DNA of 64,000 nucleotides from Xylographa opegraphella (Eukaryota): NCBI GenBank assembly GCA_022813865.1, contig JALDZX010000015.1, positions 62,001 to 126,000 of the forward strand, read 5' to 3'. Shown piece by piece: positions 51,658 to 64,000 of this stretch (position 1 is its first letter; each line of letters starts with the position of its first letter). The notes under the pieces were generated by a model. It saw only the letters and a program-made list of their open reading frames with translations, ran no database searches and was not told where the DNA came from. The position numbers and the translations under genes were made by a program.

Positions 51658-53269
51658 ATAAAATAGCACTGGGGAGTCGGCGATGCTATTAACATGCGGC
51701 CTACGGACATGAAAGGTACAGTAGGTTCGACAACGCTATTCGTAGGAAAGGATAGGAGTGAAGGAGCGCTGGAGAGGCATGGGTTACGGTGAGCTCGCCT
51801 TCCATTTGCACGGCATGCCTGGTGGCATATAGCTAGCCAGATTGAAGAAAATGAAAATGTGCATACTGCCACGTTGTTGAGCACGAAGATGTCTTGCTAT
51901 GCTAATGTTGATTAAGACAACATACTCTGCATTATACGAGCTTCTGGCGATGTCGGATCTTGTACCTAAGTTCACATCATCTTCTTGCTGGCTGGGACGA
52001 TAAAGGTTCAATACGTAATAAAGGACTAAAGCCTTGAATCCGCTACACTCTGGCTCGATGACTATATTAGGCTGATCGTAGAAGTTGTTGCATTGACTTC
52101 CGAGAAGCTCATCGGAGTCAGACGAGCCATTGGTATATTCGATATTCATCTCACAGGCTCGTTCTGTATAGAAGCACGTGTAGATGGGCGACAAGACGAG
52201 GTATTCATCCCACTGATGGCGTGGATGAATCGCTCGCAGCCTCTCCTTCGTGATCCAGCATTGGTGATATCGTCCGGGCCCTCCCGACAATACACATACA
52301 CTGTGTGCGTCTTCGGATCAAATTATTTTGCCAGCGGCTCATATCGACATCTGCGGTATGAGCTTTTTGCAATGCCATTTGCTCGGTATTCGAGGTATTG
52401 AATGCGGCGTATCTTTTACATAAATTCTCCCTCAGCAGTCTCGCCAGCCTTCGCTTTCTCCGTATCTTCTCTCGGACTCATATATCCTGCAAGGTTGTCT
52501 GGCGAAATATGCTGCCGAAATTTTATCATCGCAAAATCCTCTGCTAGTCAAAGTTATGTCCATTTTCATGTAGCACCCGTGATGATCTAAGACTATAGAT
52601 CATAGGGCCGTCCACGAGTTGTCGTCCATCACTCTTATGGAGCTGCTGCGAGATGAATATGTCATGCGAAAGAGATCCCAGCGGGGCATGCCTGTGATCA
52701 TACTGATTCTTTCAGAATCATGGGTTTTAACCACGTTGTGTATCGATCCTTGACTCAGGAGTCATTATCGATCGTGATGATATCGGCGAAGTTAGGGGAA
52801 GTGATAGCATGGTGGCTGACAGAAATATTAGCCATTTCGTATGTGGCTTGCTAACCTGACAAGTTTTGTCTGAACGATCTATATTCCATTCAAAGAATTG
52901 CTTAACAGAAATTCAAATAGTGAAGAAGCTTCAAAGCAGAAGGACAGAATGAAAGCTCCACGGGTTCATAAGCACGTAGACAAGTCATCAAGTTATCACA
53001 GAAGCAAATTGTTATGAGGGTATTCTCAGCCGTGCGAATTATCAATCAACAGAGCTGGAAGGTGATATTCTTGGTAGAAAGCGGTAGAATAGCTTGCATT
53101 TTGCTTATGGTAGACAGTCAATTGTACGGAAATGGCACTAGGATTAACTTAGGCCTAGCGGACAACGACTGTTACGGCGACAGGTTTCAATAGATCTACA
53201 ATATATTCCGTAAACCTCGAGCACTCCTCAAATTTCAAAACCACTTCAACTTCTCCCCTCCCGCCAACC

Positions 53270-53988
53270 ATGGCAACCAACGCTGGTTCAGGAGCAGCCA
53301 AGCAGCTGCTCTCCGCCCGCACAGCAACCACCCGCTGGAAAGCAAGTCGCCCCTCTCCCAACGTCGAATCCCCTCACTAACCTCTCCCTCCTCCCAGAAA
53401 TACACCGTCCAGCCCTCCGGCATATGGGCCCGCCTCTCCCGCCTCCTCGCCATCGACCCCAACCGCTCGACCGGCATCCCGCTCAACCCACAGTTCCGCA
53501 ACCCGCCCCCGGGCGCCAATCCTCCCAACATGTACGACGACCCGGTCACCATCCCAGCGGGCGACATCGCCGAAAACCCGTACTACAAGCGCGACTCGCG
53601 GCGCAGTTATTCCCGGCCGAGTGTCGTGCGGCAGGCGGACGTGGTGGGCTTGCTGACGCTCGGGAGCGCGGCGAAGCCGATTGAGGGGAGGCTGGGTAGT
53701 GGGGAGGAAGGGGGGAAGCAGTTGGTGGCGGTGCGGAAGGAGGGGGAGGAGCGGGGCGTGGCCGGGTTGTTTGAGAGGCAGAAGGGGGTGTTGAGTGGGG
53801 TGCTGGGGGAGGGGGGGCTGCCGCCGATGCCGGTGCCGATGGGCGGAGGGGGAGGCCCGACTGGGAAGATGTATGTGATGGATCAGGACCGGGAAGAGGG
53901 GTTTCCGGAGGAGTAAGTGTGCCTGTGTTTTGTTTGCGAGCGTCGCTGATGTGCTTTTGGCAGGTATCCTTGCAGGACTTTCGTGTAG
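53270..53988 (+). CDS. NADH:ubiquinone oxidoreductase 21.3 kDa accessory subunit; introns 53342-53397 (GC-AG) and 53913-53963
   Basis: Contains KYTVQPSGIWARLSRLLAIDPNRSTGIPLNPQFRNP and YDDPVTIPAGDIAENPYYKRDSRR; ends EYPCRTFV*. It closely matches the Neurospora 21.3 kDa subunit as I recall it. Confidence 0.9.
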
Positions 53989-54688
53989 AGGGATTAGGGT
54001 GCTATGGAGCTAGATTATCGGTTGGGCTCCTACGGAGGTACAGCATGAGGGCTCGAAGAGAAGAGGAAGAATCGATCGCTTTGATTGCGGAATGTCATCC
54101 TGTGATTGGCATAAGCTTCCACTTGCAGCTAACAAGTCGACGAGTTGCATTACGGTACTGTATCCATGAAGCCTGGCTCCACTTACTGAGCGTCTGACTC
54201 CGGAATTGTAGAAAACCTTGTCTTCTAGGACTGTGGTTCAGGTATACACGTGGCACAGCATGCGCGCTCGTGAAATTCATTCCCAGTGTACGAGGGACCA
54301 TGTTATTTGATTGAAAAACAATGCCAGGGCAATGATGATGAGGGCTTCCTTAGTTTGTCAATCAATTTTAACCCTCGATCAGAAACTATAAGAAGTGAAT
54401 GAACCAATTGCACCACCGCATCCTCAATCTCTTTCAATGTTTGCATGTAGACCTGCTCAAATTTGATATTGATTCACTTACAATGGCTGTGTAAGCGCGA
54501 ACCGAATTACATCCAGTGAGAAGGTTCGCAGCTTATTGGCTGTAATACAATGTGTCCAGAAACAGCTTCCATACAACCCGCGGCGTAACTTTTGAATCAA
54601 TAGCCAATGTACCTCCGATCCGCACCCCAATCCCTGAATATGACAGTATGTGCCAATCCTTATCCTTCCATTCGCCAGCCAAGAAACC

Positions 54689-55618
54689 TCACACGGGTGG
54701 AATATCATCAATGATCTTCGCAGAATCAGCTACATCAGCCGCAACTTCAGCCTGAGCAACATCCTCCTTCTTCTCCTCTGCGGTGCCATTGGTCTCCATA
54801 GCCGGTTCGGCTGCTTCAGAAACTGCCTTGCCCTCTTCTACTTCCTGCTCTGCCCTCGAGCCTTCGGCTGCATCATCCACCTTCTCAGTCGCACCAGGGT
54901 CTACAGCGGTGCCACCTTCGCTGGTGAGTTTACTAACCACTTCAACAGTGGCCGCAGGTCCACCAGGTTCGGCTGCCAAAACCTTTCCTTCTTTGTCAAC
55001 CACGAAAACTCCACGAGTGGTGCCAGAAGGTGCCTTTTTGAAGCCAATGGCACCGATGAGTGTCGCGGAAGGGTCGCACAGCAGCGTATATGGCAAATTC
55101 TGCTTGGTCTTAAAAGTAGTATTAGACTTGGGGGAGTCCCTGGACAGGCCGTAAATTGAAAATCCGGTAGAAGTGAGAGGCGTGAATTGGTCGCGAAACA
55201 AGCAAGCCTGAGTAGTACCTGTACGCGATTAGCTATCATGAAGAAGTGCGGTCTCAGCTACGCGACCGTGACGGCAACGGAGGGCTCAATTAATTCGGAA
55301 AGTCCTGTAAAACTTACATCCTGGTGTGGAGGCTTTTGGATAGGTAAAGAGGACAACGCCCCCTTTGCTCTCCTCAACCAACTTCTTTAAAGTTGTCTTC
55401 TCACCGTCGTTGGTCTCGATTTCTCCACCAAAGCCATCCAGAGTGATCGTATTCCCGACTGCGACAGCCGTCTTTGACGATGATCCATTGGCGATTGCGC
55501 CTTTCTTGTCCGCGCCGGAATCTTTTGCCTTGGAAGCTGCCGCCTTTCCGACACTCTTCTTGGTTGGAGGAGCTGGGGCAGCTTCGGCCGGTGCTTTGCG
55601 CTTTCGCAATTCAACCAT
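54689..55618 (-). CDS. DOT5: BCP/PrxQ peroxiredoxin, Dot5-like; intron 55219-55317
   Basis: Active site FTYPKASTPG|CTTQACLFRD (CxxxxC), basic N-terminus MVELRKRK and an acidic tail. Confidence 0.9.
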
Positions 55619-56561
55619 TGTGACACCAAGCTAAAATCGATAGAAGTAATCGAGTAATTGATACTCCAGCAAGCAAGAATCCGAAATTGGATAAAACAAA
55701 AATAAGGAGGATGCGACGGAAATGCGAAATAAGCAGATGGAAGGAGTAGCGTTGTCGTCGAAATGACTAAGGAGAGGGTTCGACCGAGCCAATTGCGCGT
55801 CAGCAATTGCGTAGCAATAAAGAGGGGCTGGAGAAGTTGCGACCAGCTTTGCAGATTTGCGTAGGGCAGGCGAGCGCCAGAGTCAAGTTACCAAGGGAGT
55901 TCACGCCGCAGCTGGCAGGCCCGTGGGCCTGAAGTCGCACCCAACCCGGTAGGGGAAAAGCTGGGGAAAGGAACCGTTCCGGACTTGGGAGGCGGGGGCA
56001 TGGAACATCGGGGAAACATGATTGGGAGACTTTCGCTCATCAACAGCGAAATTCCGTCCACCATGCTTCCGTCGACGACTTATACATTGTCTTTCGGCGA
56101 TATGACTTGCCTGCCACGCTGAAATCTCCGTTCGAGATGCAGCAGAAATGAGAAAGAAACGGATTTTCAGAACGATTGGACGGGAGAAATCGGAAGAGAT
56201 CGGTGTGATGACTAAGCTAATCAAGAGAATTTCCCGTCGACGCTGCCCGGAAATCGTTTATCCGCGGCTTTGAGGCAAAAGAACAAAATAATAATTTCAC
56301 TGACTGACGACAACAAGCTTTCAAACTCCTGATCCTGCATAATAGAACTTTCTCGTTACGATACTCGATAGACTGTGTTCTTTCAGCAAGACCCTAGAGA
56401 TATCCTACACGGGATTCCACGGCACTGAACCTGTTTGCGCCCGTCACTTCCTCTTTTACACCATTACAAAAAGTCACACCACCGAGCATTTTTCACGGAA
56501 AATTTTCGCGACAAGACTCCCAAACCGCAATCTCACTCTCGTCTTCTACCACCTTCCGACT

Positions 56562-57137
56562 ATGCGAGTCTTCTCCTCGACCTGTACCTTCGATTACTCG
56601 TGGGAAGAAGTCTCCACCAACAACTGGCGCAAATACTGTCCGTGGAACGACAAAGCCACCCACGTTATCGCCGTTGACACCCTCTCGCGCTCGATCGACC
56701 CCTCCACCGGTGTCCTCCGCACCGAGCGCCTGATCACCTGCTCGCAGACCGCCCCGGCCTGGGTGCTCGCCCTTCTGGGCGGCACCAACACCTCCCACGT
56801 CTACGAGACTTCCATCGTGGACCCTGCGTCCAAACGCGTCACCATGAGCTCCACCAACCTCTCCTGGTCCAACATCATCAGCTGTCGCGAAACGGTCGTG
56901 TACGAGCCCGATGTCAATGCCTCCAGCCCGGGTCATGAGAGAACACAATTCCAGCAGGAGGCGAAGATTACGGCGCTGTGTGGCGGCTGGCAGAAAATCA
57001 GGACGAAGATCGAGGAGGCGAGTGTGGAGCGGTTCGGGCAGAATGCCCAGAGGGGGAGAGAAGGGTTTGAGGATGTATTGGAGATGTCGAGGAGGGCGTT
57101 CAGGGAGGAAGGAGAGCGGCGAGAGCAAATGGCTTGA
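56562..57137 (+). CDS. UPS2: PRELI/MSF1-domain mitochondrial lipid transfer protein, Ups2-like
   Basis: Contains FDYSWEEVSTNNWRKYCPWN, THVIAVDTLSR, GVLRTERLITC and RFGQNAQRGREGFE. Confidence 0.9.
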   Translation: MRVFSSTCTFDYSWEEVSTNNWRKYCPWNDKATHVIAVDTLSRSIDPSTGVLRTERLITCSQTAPAWVLALLGGTNTSHVYETSIVDPASKRVTMSSTNLSWSNIISCRETVVYEPDVNASSPGHERTQFQQEAKITALCGGWQKIRTKIEEASVERFGQNAQRGREGFEDVLEMSRRAFREEGERREQMA

Positions 57138-57509
57138 ACGATTGAGCGGAATGAGTTCGACGTTGTGCTGGCATTTAGCGACTGCATTGGAGGAACGGAG
57201 AAACAACCTGAGGGCCGGGATAAAGAGCATTCATGCATCGGGTTGGCGTTAGCTGGGGGTTGTTCCCCAATAGCAATTTTTCTCCCGCTTAGAACATCGT
57301 CTATCGTTCTTGAGTATTGTTTAGACTAATCCAGATAGACGATCTGATACTCTACGCATGGCGGGTGTAAGACGCAACTTTACTACACCAAGAAATATAT
57401 AATATTCTTTGGACGTTTAAATTAGGTGGACACGTGTGTCCTCACTGCGCAGAAATCAAGTGTCTTTTTTGATAATTTAATTTAAGAGCGGAGGGGCCCA
57501 CGCCAGCCT

Positions 57510-59533
57510 CTACTTCTTTTGCCTTTTGCTACTCTTCTCGCTCGTCGCACTGAGCTCGCTGACACTCCGTTTATGGGCGATACCACTCCTGTTGCTTGGA
57601 ACTACACTAAGTCTCGAGTCATCAGCCTCGTCGTCCTCAGCGCCCTCCCCTTCGCCGTCTGCCTCATCCTCTTCCTCTGAATTGTTATCGCCGCTCTCAT
57701 CGCCTGCCTCCTGCTCCTCTTCTTCCTCTTCTAAGACATTTCCTTCATCGCCCTCAGCGTCGCCATCGTCATCAGCATCGCCGTCTTCGTCGCTGTGTTT
57801 GGCTATCCCCTCCACATTGTCCTCTGCATCTTCTACCTCTCCGTCTGCATCTTCATCGTCGTCTTCCTCATCAGGTTCACGCCTGGCTCCCTGATCTGTT
57901 TCGGCATCGCCATCAGGCTCCGCCGCGGGTGATGATGCTTGCGGCGTTGCAGCGTCTTCACCAGATTCCTTCTTCTCCCGATACTCTTTCTGAGCTAGCT
58001 GAACTTTTGTTTCATTGTCTATTTTCTCGCTAACCTTACGTACTTCCAGCAAGATGTTTATCTTCTGCACGAGCACTTCATAAGCATCGCAGACCTTGGA
58101 CGTAGGCATGACGGCCTTGTGCGGAACTTCAAGTTCGCGAAGTGCCTCGTCAAGTTTCTTGCTTTGGGCTTGCGACTTCGCTAGCAGGAGCTTATCAATA
58201 CGGTAGCCTCGGAGAGTAACTCCAGAAGTGAGACGGTCATGGTGTGACACTCCGTATTTGGCTTCGTCACGAGGTATGAGTTGTCTCTGGCTTGACGGTC
58301 CTGACAAAGATCCTTTCTTGACAGCCGAGCCACCTATCGAATTCCGTTGGTCATGGCCGCTTTGGCCTGCAAAATTTTGGTTCGATCCTCCAGTAGCTGG
58401 ACTTGATACGCCATCCCCTGTTCCAATAAGAGTGCGACGCTGCTTTTTGTTCTTGTCAGCAGAAAGAAGGGTCTGCATCAAGTTTGCCAGGCCTTGACTG
58501 GACTCGTAGTTCTGAATACTTGCTGTACTTTGAGGAGCCTGAAGGCGATCATAGAGCTCTTTCCGCTCCAAGGCGAACCGCTCCTCTGCTACAACGATCC
58601 GCTTCAGTTCTCCGAGAAGGATCTCTTCTTCCTTGATCTCTTCAGGCGATCTTGATAATAATGCTTCTGCCAGCTTTTTCCGTGTAGTCTCCTGTATTGG
58701 GTCGAATTTGGTCATCTTTTCATGAAGGTCAAACTCCGTAGTCGACATGCTTGATAGCGGATGATGTAGAACCATGACCTTTGCTGCGACATCGTAGTAC
58801 CTGGCTTTCATGTCCTCCATTGTTCTGGCCTTCGGAGTAACAGTAACGGCCATGGAGTCACCGTCAGAGGGTATCTCTTTTGCCTGATATTCATATCTAT
58901 CCGCAATAACGATCCACCGCAAATCAAAATCGAGTGCCAGTTGTATCAAGTAGTCGGTCTCTTCCCGGGTCCAGTCGTCATTCTTGAGGTGAGCTTCGTA
59001 CTGTTCATCGTTGTATTCCGGCCCACTAACTTTGATGTTGAATTTTGCAAAGTGGTAGTCTGGCTCGATCTGAGTCGATCTCGAATCCGAATCGGGTTCC
59101 GGCTTCAACTCCGCAGGAGTATTGGGGGCGCCCGGCGTTGTAGCAATGACATTTTTCTTCTTCCTCCAATGCCGCAGAATCAGCCCATCCGTACGTGCTG
59201 GGTTGACAAACGCTGCTTGCTCCCTATAGCCAGTTAGCTTGGGCGATGCCCTGGGGATTTCAAGTGCTCTGACCAGGGGAGTACTTTATGGGTCCATTTT
59301 GGACGTGCTCTGTAAGTAGGTTGCTCAATCACAACTGGTGCCGCTCGGTCACCATAGAGCCCAAAAAGCTCTCGATTTGTTCCTTCTACCCTGGGGTCAA
59401 CATAGGTACAAATCATAGGTAAGGATTTTCACAAACTAGGTCTGACTGTTCCGGTTTTCTGTTTCTTAATCGGCCGTGGACGATCCTCCTGCTTTGCATC
59501 GAGGATATCACGGGCGTCAAGCGCAGAAGCCAT
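57510..59533 (-). CDS. SWC4: SWR1/NuA4 subunit Swc4 (Eaf2/DMAP1); introns ~59386-59436, 59224-59273
   Basis: Contains FVNPARTDGLILRHW, YHFAKFNIKV, the SANT domain WTREETDYL..FDLRWIVIADRY and RTMEDMKARYY, then a long acidic tail. Confidence 0.93.
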
Positions 59534-59746
59534 AGTAGGTGAATGGTAAAGGATTGCTCAGTGAAATCTGTGGATCTCAACTCATGTTATGCATGATTTG
59601 CATGTGATCAAAGTGTACCCTAGAGAATTGTTATGTGCTGGCTTATAGGTAGTCTAGAATACAGTGAATGATCCCTGTCACAAATCGCGTGAAAACAACT
59701 TTGCGAAAGGAGCTCCGACGACCTTTCCCATATCCCATCAGCCACC

Positions 59747-60589
59747 ATGGAAAGGTCGCAACTTTGGCCTTGTAGGCTAATAAATTCACTATGTCTCTAT
59801 CTTTGCTTAAGCCTTCTCCTGCCGGTCGATGCTCTCTACTTCTACATTGACAGCAATAGTCCTAAGTGCTTTTACGAGGAGCTTCCAAAGGATACTCTAG
59901 TAGTTGGTAAGCCTCGCAAGCCCACATTCGACGCACAGTCCAAATACAAGAATCCTCCACATACTACAAGTGAAGGTGATGCTTATGAAAAAGTAGGTAA
60001 CTACAAGGCGGAGCAGTTCGATGCCAACCTCAATGGCTATATCAACCATCAGGACCTGATGATCCACATCTTCGTGGATGAAGTGTTTGACAACGACCAT
60101 CGCATTGTCTCTCAACGAGGAGTTTCGTCTGGAAAATTCACATTCATTGCACATGAGGCTGGGGATCACAAAATCTGTTTCCAACCTACGCACGCGTCTT
60201 CAGGGGGCCTCATAATAGGCGGCCAAAGTATGGGTACGGTCAAACTGACGCTCGATCTTGCGATTGGCGAGAGCAGTGCTATCGAGAGCAGCGATAAGGG
60301 GAAGATTCAGGGTATCGTGCAAAAGGTCAAGGATCTGAATGCCAGACTGCAGGATATCAGGAGGGAGCAGGTGTTTCAGAGGGTGAGCTAACCTTGGAAC
60401 CAACTTGATAAGGGTACTTCTGACGCTGTAGCAATATAGGAGCGAGAAGCGGAGTTCAGAGATCAATCCGAAGCTACGAATGCGAGGGTCGTGCGGTGGA
60501 CGCTTGTCCAGCTGGTCGTTCTAGGCGTGACATGCGCATGGCAGCTGTCCCATCTTCGGGCCTTCTTCATCAAGCAGAAGCTTACTTAG
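59747..60589 (+). CDS. p24/emp24/gp25L family cargo receptor (alpha, Erp1-like); introns 59907-59996, 60383-60439
   Basis: Signal peptide, GOLD domain ([22 protein letters not shown]), coiled coil ([18 protein letters not shown]), transmembrane segment and C-terminal FFIKQKLT (KxKxx motif). Confidence 0.93.
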
Positions 60590-61575
60590 TTCTTCTTATG
60601 TCGAAGGAGGGTATAAATAAATTTACTTTCATCATTGTCTATATCTGCGTCCTTTGGGTCGACTGCAGTTAACCATAGAAACTTACCGTGCACACAGTGG
60701 CCCTACCATGAAACGGTACCATCGATTTGTGCTGCTTCTGTTCGGTGACAAGTTGCCAATGCTAAGTTGTATTGAATTTCATTATGAATGCACTGAGATG
60801 ATGTGTCCTTTATCCAAAGATTTAGCCTTCGTTGTTTTGGCCTCTGAATTTCTATATGCAATTTAGATGCGCTGATGACAGCAGGGTGAGAATCCAAACT
60901 TGATGTGCTTAAAGGCAAAAGTTAGAAGGAAGAATAAGTTGTTGTGCGCGGCTGATACGGGCTAATACTTCAGGAGTCCCTGGCTGTGTTTGACAAGATT
61001 TCTAGTCGATATTAGAAATCACCTCTTTGCCACACCTCCGTGAATCATGATTAGTGCGCCCCAGCAATCAAGACCATCTGAGTTGCAAGCTTTTTTGACC
61101 AGAGACTGTGTGATGCGGGAATCCGCCGCCAGATATCCTGTGATCCTAGAAGAACTAAACAGTCCAGTCTAGGTACGAACAGATTGCTGTATCGAGATAC
61201 CTCCTCGGTCACAACTACGAGGAAGCTAGCAGCGATATAATCGTCAGCATTATAAATGAAATATAAGGCAGTTGAAATCGCTAATCGTTTGAGGTAAAGT
61301 ACCTCTCTATTATTACATTCCTGCTTTGCTCTCGAAGCATGATCCACAATATCATTGAGCTGAGGAAAAGAAGCTATCACACCCACCAAGATACACGCAA
61401 ATATCGAGCCCTGAAAGCCGAGGTACCTCACATCTGTAGTAATACACAAGGTCGATGAAACAGAATACATACAAAAGAGTGAGCAATCGATGCGAACAAG
61501 TACATAATCCACGTCAAGGCAACTGAGCTGCTGCTGCAAGAATTGCCTTTGGGATCATGGCAACGCCCAAGTGTT

Positions 61576-63611
61576 TCATTCCATCTGTAACTCATCATCG
61601 CTCAATGCGTCATCCTGAACTGGTGCTACAGGGGCCGGAGTACTGTTTCGGCTCTGACGGGATCTGGTAGACTTGAAGGAGATAGGTATGGAGGATCTCC
61701 TTAAGTCTGGAACCGCCTTGACCGGTTGAACACTCCCTCGGCTTGTTGACCTTTCCGTGCGGTTTGAACCTTGGGAGTTGCGCGGTCCTTGATCGGTATC
61801 TGAAGAGATTGGATTCCTGCCTGATCTCTGGTTCCCATATCTCACGCTCAATTGTTCGCTGGTACCGCGATTCAACATGACCATGTTCGCAGCTCGCTGC
61901 ATCGTATCTGTCTTAACCCTTTTGAAAACTGGAGCTGGCTCGACATTTTGGTCAACCATGGTGTTCGTTCTCTTGAGGCTGACCTCATTCTCGTTGAATA
62001 TGAGATTCGGAAGCGTGGGCAAGTCGGATATCTCATCTTCACTTGGCTCATCACTGTTGAGATCGGGAAGTGATGGTTCGGAAGCTGGGACTACACTAAG
62101 CCTTCTTCTGCCGGTTGTGTCCCATTCTGGCTCGAGACGGAAACGAGGCGTTGAGAATCCCACCGGCCGGCTGCAGAAGACCCCAAGATCTCTATGCTGT
62201 CTTAAACCCGTGATGAGAGGCATTGGTAGAGGTTGTTTCGGAGTGTTATCAAGCGACAGATTCTCAATCGGGACGTTGGGTTGAGAGCTTGACGCCAAAG
62301 GCTCATATGTACCACGTCTTCGCAACAACCTCACTCTACGACCCCTTTCAGCCGTGTTGGAGTCGACGAGGCCTGATGATGAAGTGCCGTGAGTCAACAG
62401 CTGCTCATCGGTGAAAGGATCTACCAAACAGTCTGACCAGTGCATAGGAGATCTCAAACCATTGGCGACAGGAGTTGACTTCCGAACCACTGAACCATCA
62501 CCAGTCAAGGCTTTGATCTTTGGATTACTGAGATTTGCACCCTCAGCAAGTCGTCGATTTAGCCTCCCCAGATTGGCATCATTGTCGTTGAGCCGGTACT
62601 TTTCATTTACAGTCCCGGCCAAAGTCGGGCTTTGTGGAGCACATCTATCTTGACTGGATGTGTGCCATTTGAGGTCCTCTTTACTACTAGTGCTGCCGCT
62701 GAAACGTTCCGCTATGGCTTTCTTTGCTCGAGCGAACACCTCTCGGCTCTTTCCAAGGCGCGGCTTGAACAAATCTCTTGCTTCCTTGTGCTTGACGGGG
62801 GGCTGTACCGTTCGAGGAGTTGGTTCTTTCACATCAACATGTCGAATTAATGAGGCAGCTTTGTCGCCAAGATGCACAGCCTTTGCTGTCACTGGAATTG
62901 CATAAGATGCAACCTCTTCATGGCCCAAACATTCTGCTTCGCCAGTGCCTGATGATGACAGGGTATCTGTGTCACCAGATGAGTTACTGATCGAATGGCT
63001 CACGGGAGGGCAAGATTCCGTCTCCGTTTTGTTTTCCGTATCATCAACTACGGTTTCGTTCGCGTTGGTCATCTCTGGTGCCGTACATTCATCATCGCAC
63101 AGACTCTCTGGCCCCTCAAGAAATGCCTGTAAGCTCTGGTGTTTGGGTATTCGAGGCAGAGGTTTGTCAAGTACTTCGGACAGGTTCATTCCCAACGCAT
63201 TTCTTGAGAATTCCGAGGCTAAAGCATCATGGTGAGTGCAAGATTCCTGAGCTATTATGACAGTATCATCGAGCGGTTCTTCCGCCACCTCGTCAATACT
63301 CTGTTCGCCATCCGCATCAGGATGAGCACGGTCTGCCACGTTGGTGTTTGAGTTGATGCTTTCTGAGAATGACTATCAGTAAGTCACCGTATGGTGATAA
63401 GAGTATGTACTTACGCATCCCCTGAGCATGATCTTCAACACTTGTATCTCTTCCATTGCTGACTTGAGTGATTGTCAGTATAGTATCTTGCACGATCACG
63501 AGGAACCTTCTTACTTTGCGGGTTATTCTCGGTCTCTACCAGAGAATGGCTGCTCTGGAACCTTGAAAACACCGAGGCAAGGTTCTTCTTCTTACGTCCG
63601 TAGTTGACCAT
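61576..63611 (-). CDS. Hypothetical, largely disordered protein; introns 63463-63514, 63363-63414
   Basis: A 587-codon open frame is joined in phase to two small upstream exons (MVNYGRKKKNLASVFSRF...) by canonical GTAAG...CTGAY...AG introns. No recognisable domain. Confidence 0.75.
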
Positions 63612-64000
63612 GATGAGCTCTTGGTCGGAAACCGTTGACAAGAAACGGCTGTGCGGGGGAAACTTGACCGAATGTGGTCGACTGAGAAGGAACGTACGGA
63701 TGGTAGCCGATGAGAGAATGACACCAGAACCTCTTAGCAGCAGGAATTATCCATGACTGTACTGAAGCCACTGGGAGAGGTTCACGTTCGTTGGTGCAGA
63801 AAGAGAGAAGTGGGTGGGGGGCGAGGAGACAGAAAAAGGGTTGCTCTTATCTACAGAGTGGCCTACGCGAATCAGACGACACTAGAAGAAGCGAATAGTA
63901 GTAATTTTACAGGATATTTGATTCTCTGAGCTTCCTATGACCAGTGACTCGACACTTGCTTCCAAGTGTAATTACCGAGTGAGCTCATCGTGAAATGTGA

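Noticed and set aside
61051..61539. 162-aa hydrophobic ORF
   Set aside because: TTG start, lies in the likely 3' UTR of the adjacent gene, no family features.

Overview
This is eukaryotic DNA: a gene-dense segment of a filamentous ascomycete (Pezizomycotina) genome, with short GT-AG introns and CTRAY branch points. I reconstructed 26 protein-coding genes by hand. Recognisable ones are Nup82 (3' part), a TALE homeobox factor, peroxisomal adenine nucleotide carrier, a solo histone H4, metacaspase, Mnn9, Ecm33, Mag1, Qcr7, Ndt1-like carrier, ABC1/Mcp2 kinase, Yfh7-like kinase, Fol3, SepH/Cdc15, a complex I 21.3 kDa subunit, Dot5, Ups2, Swc4 and a p24 protein. H4 and Qcr7 are essentially invisible in the supplied ORF track. 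Three things stand out. (1) About ten GC-rich islands switch from C-rich to G-rich with the same polarity, even at synonymous codon positions inside conserved genes. (2) A ~1290-aa protein combines a HeLo-like domain, a pseudokinase and a trypsin-like protease, which resembles MLKL-type cell-death modules. (3) A divergent bHLH protein has an unrecognised C-terminal repeat domain. I found no tRNA, rRNA, CRISPR array or intact transposon. All family assignments come from recalled motifs, not database searches, and exon boundaries were read by eye.
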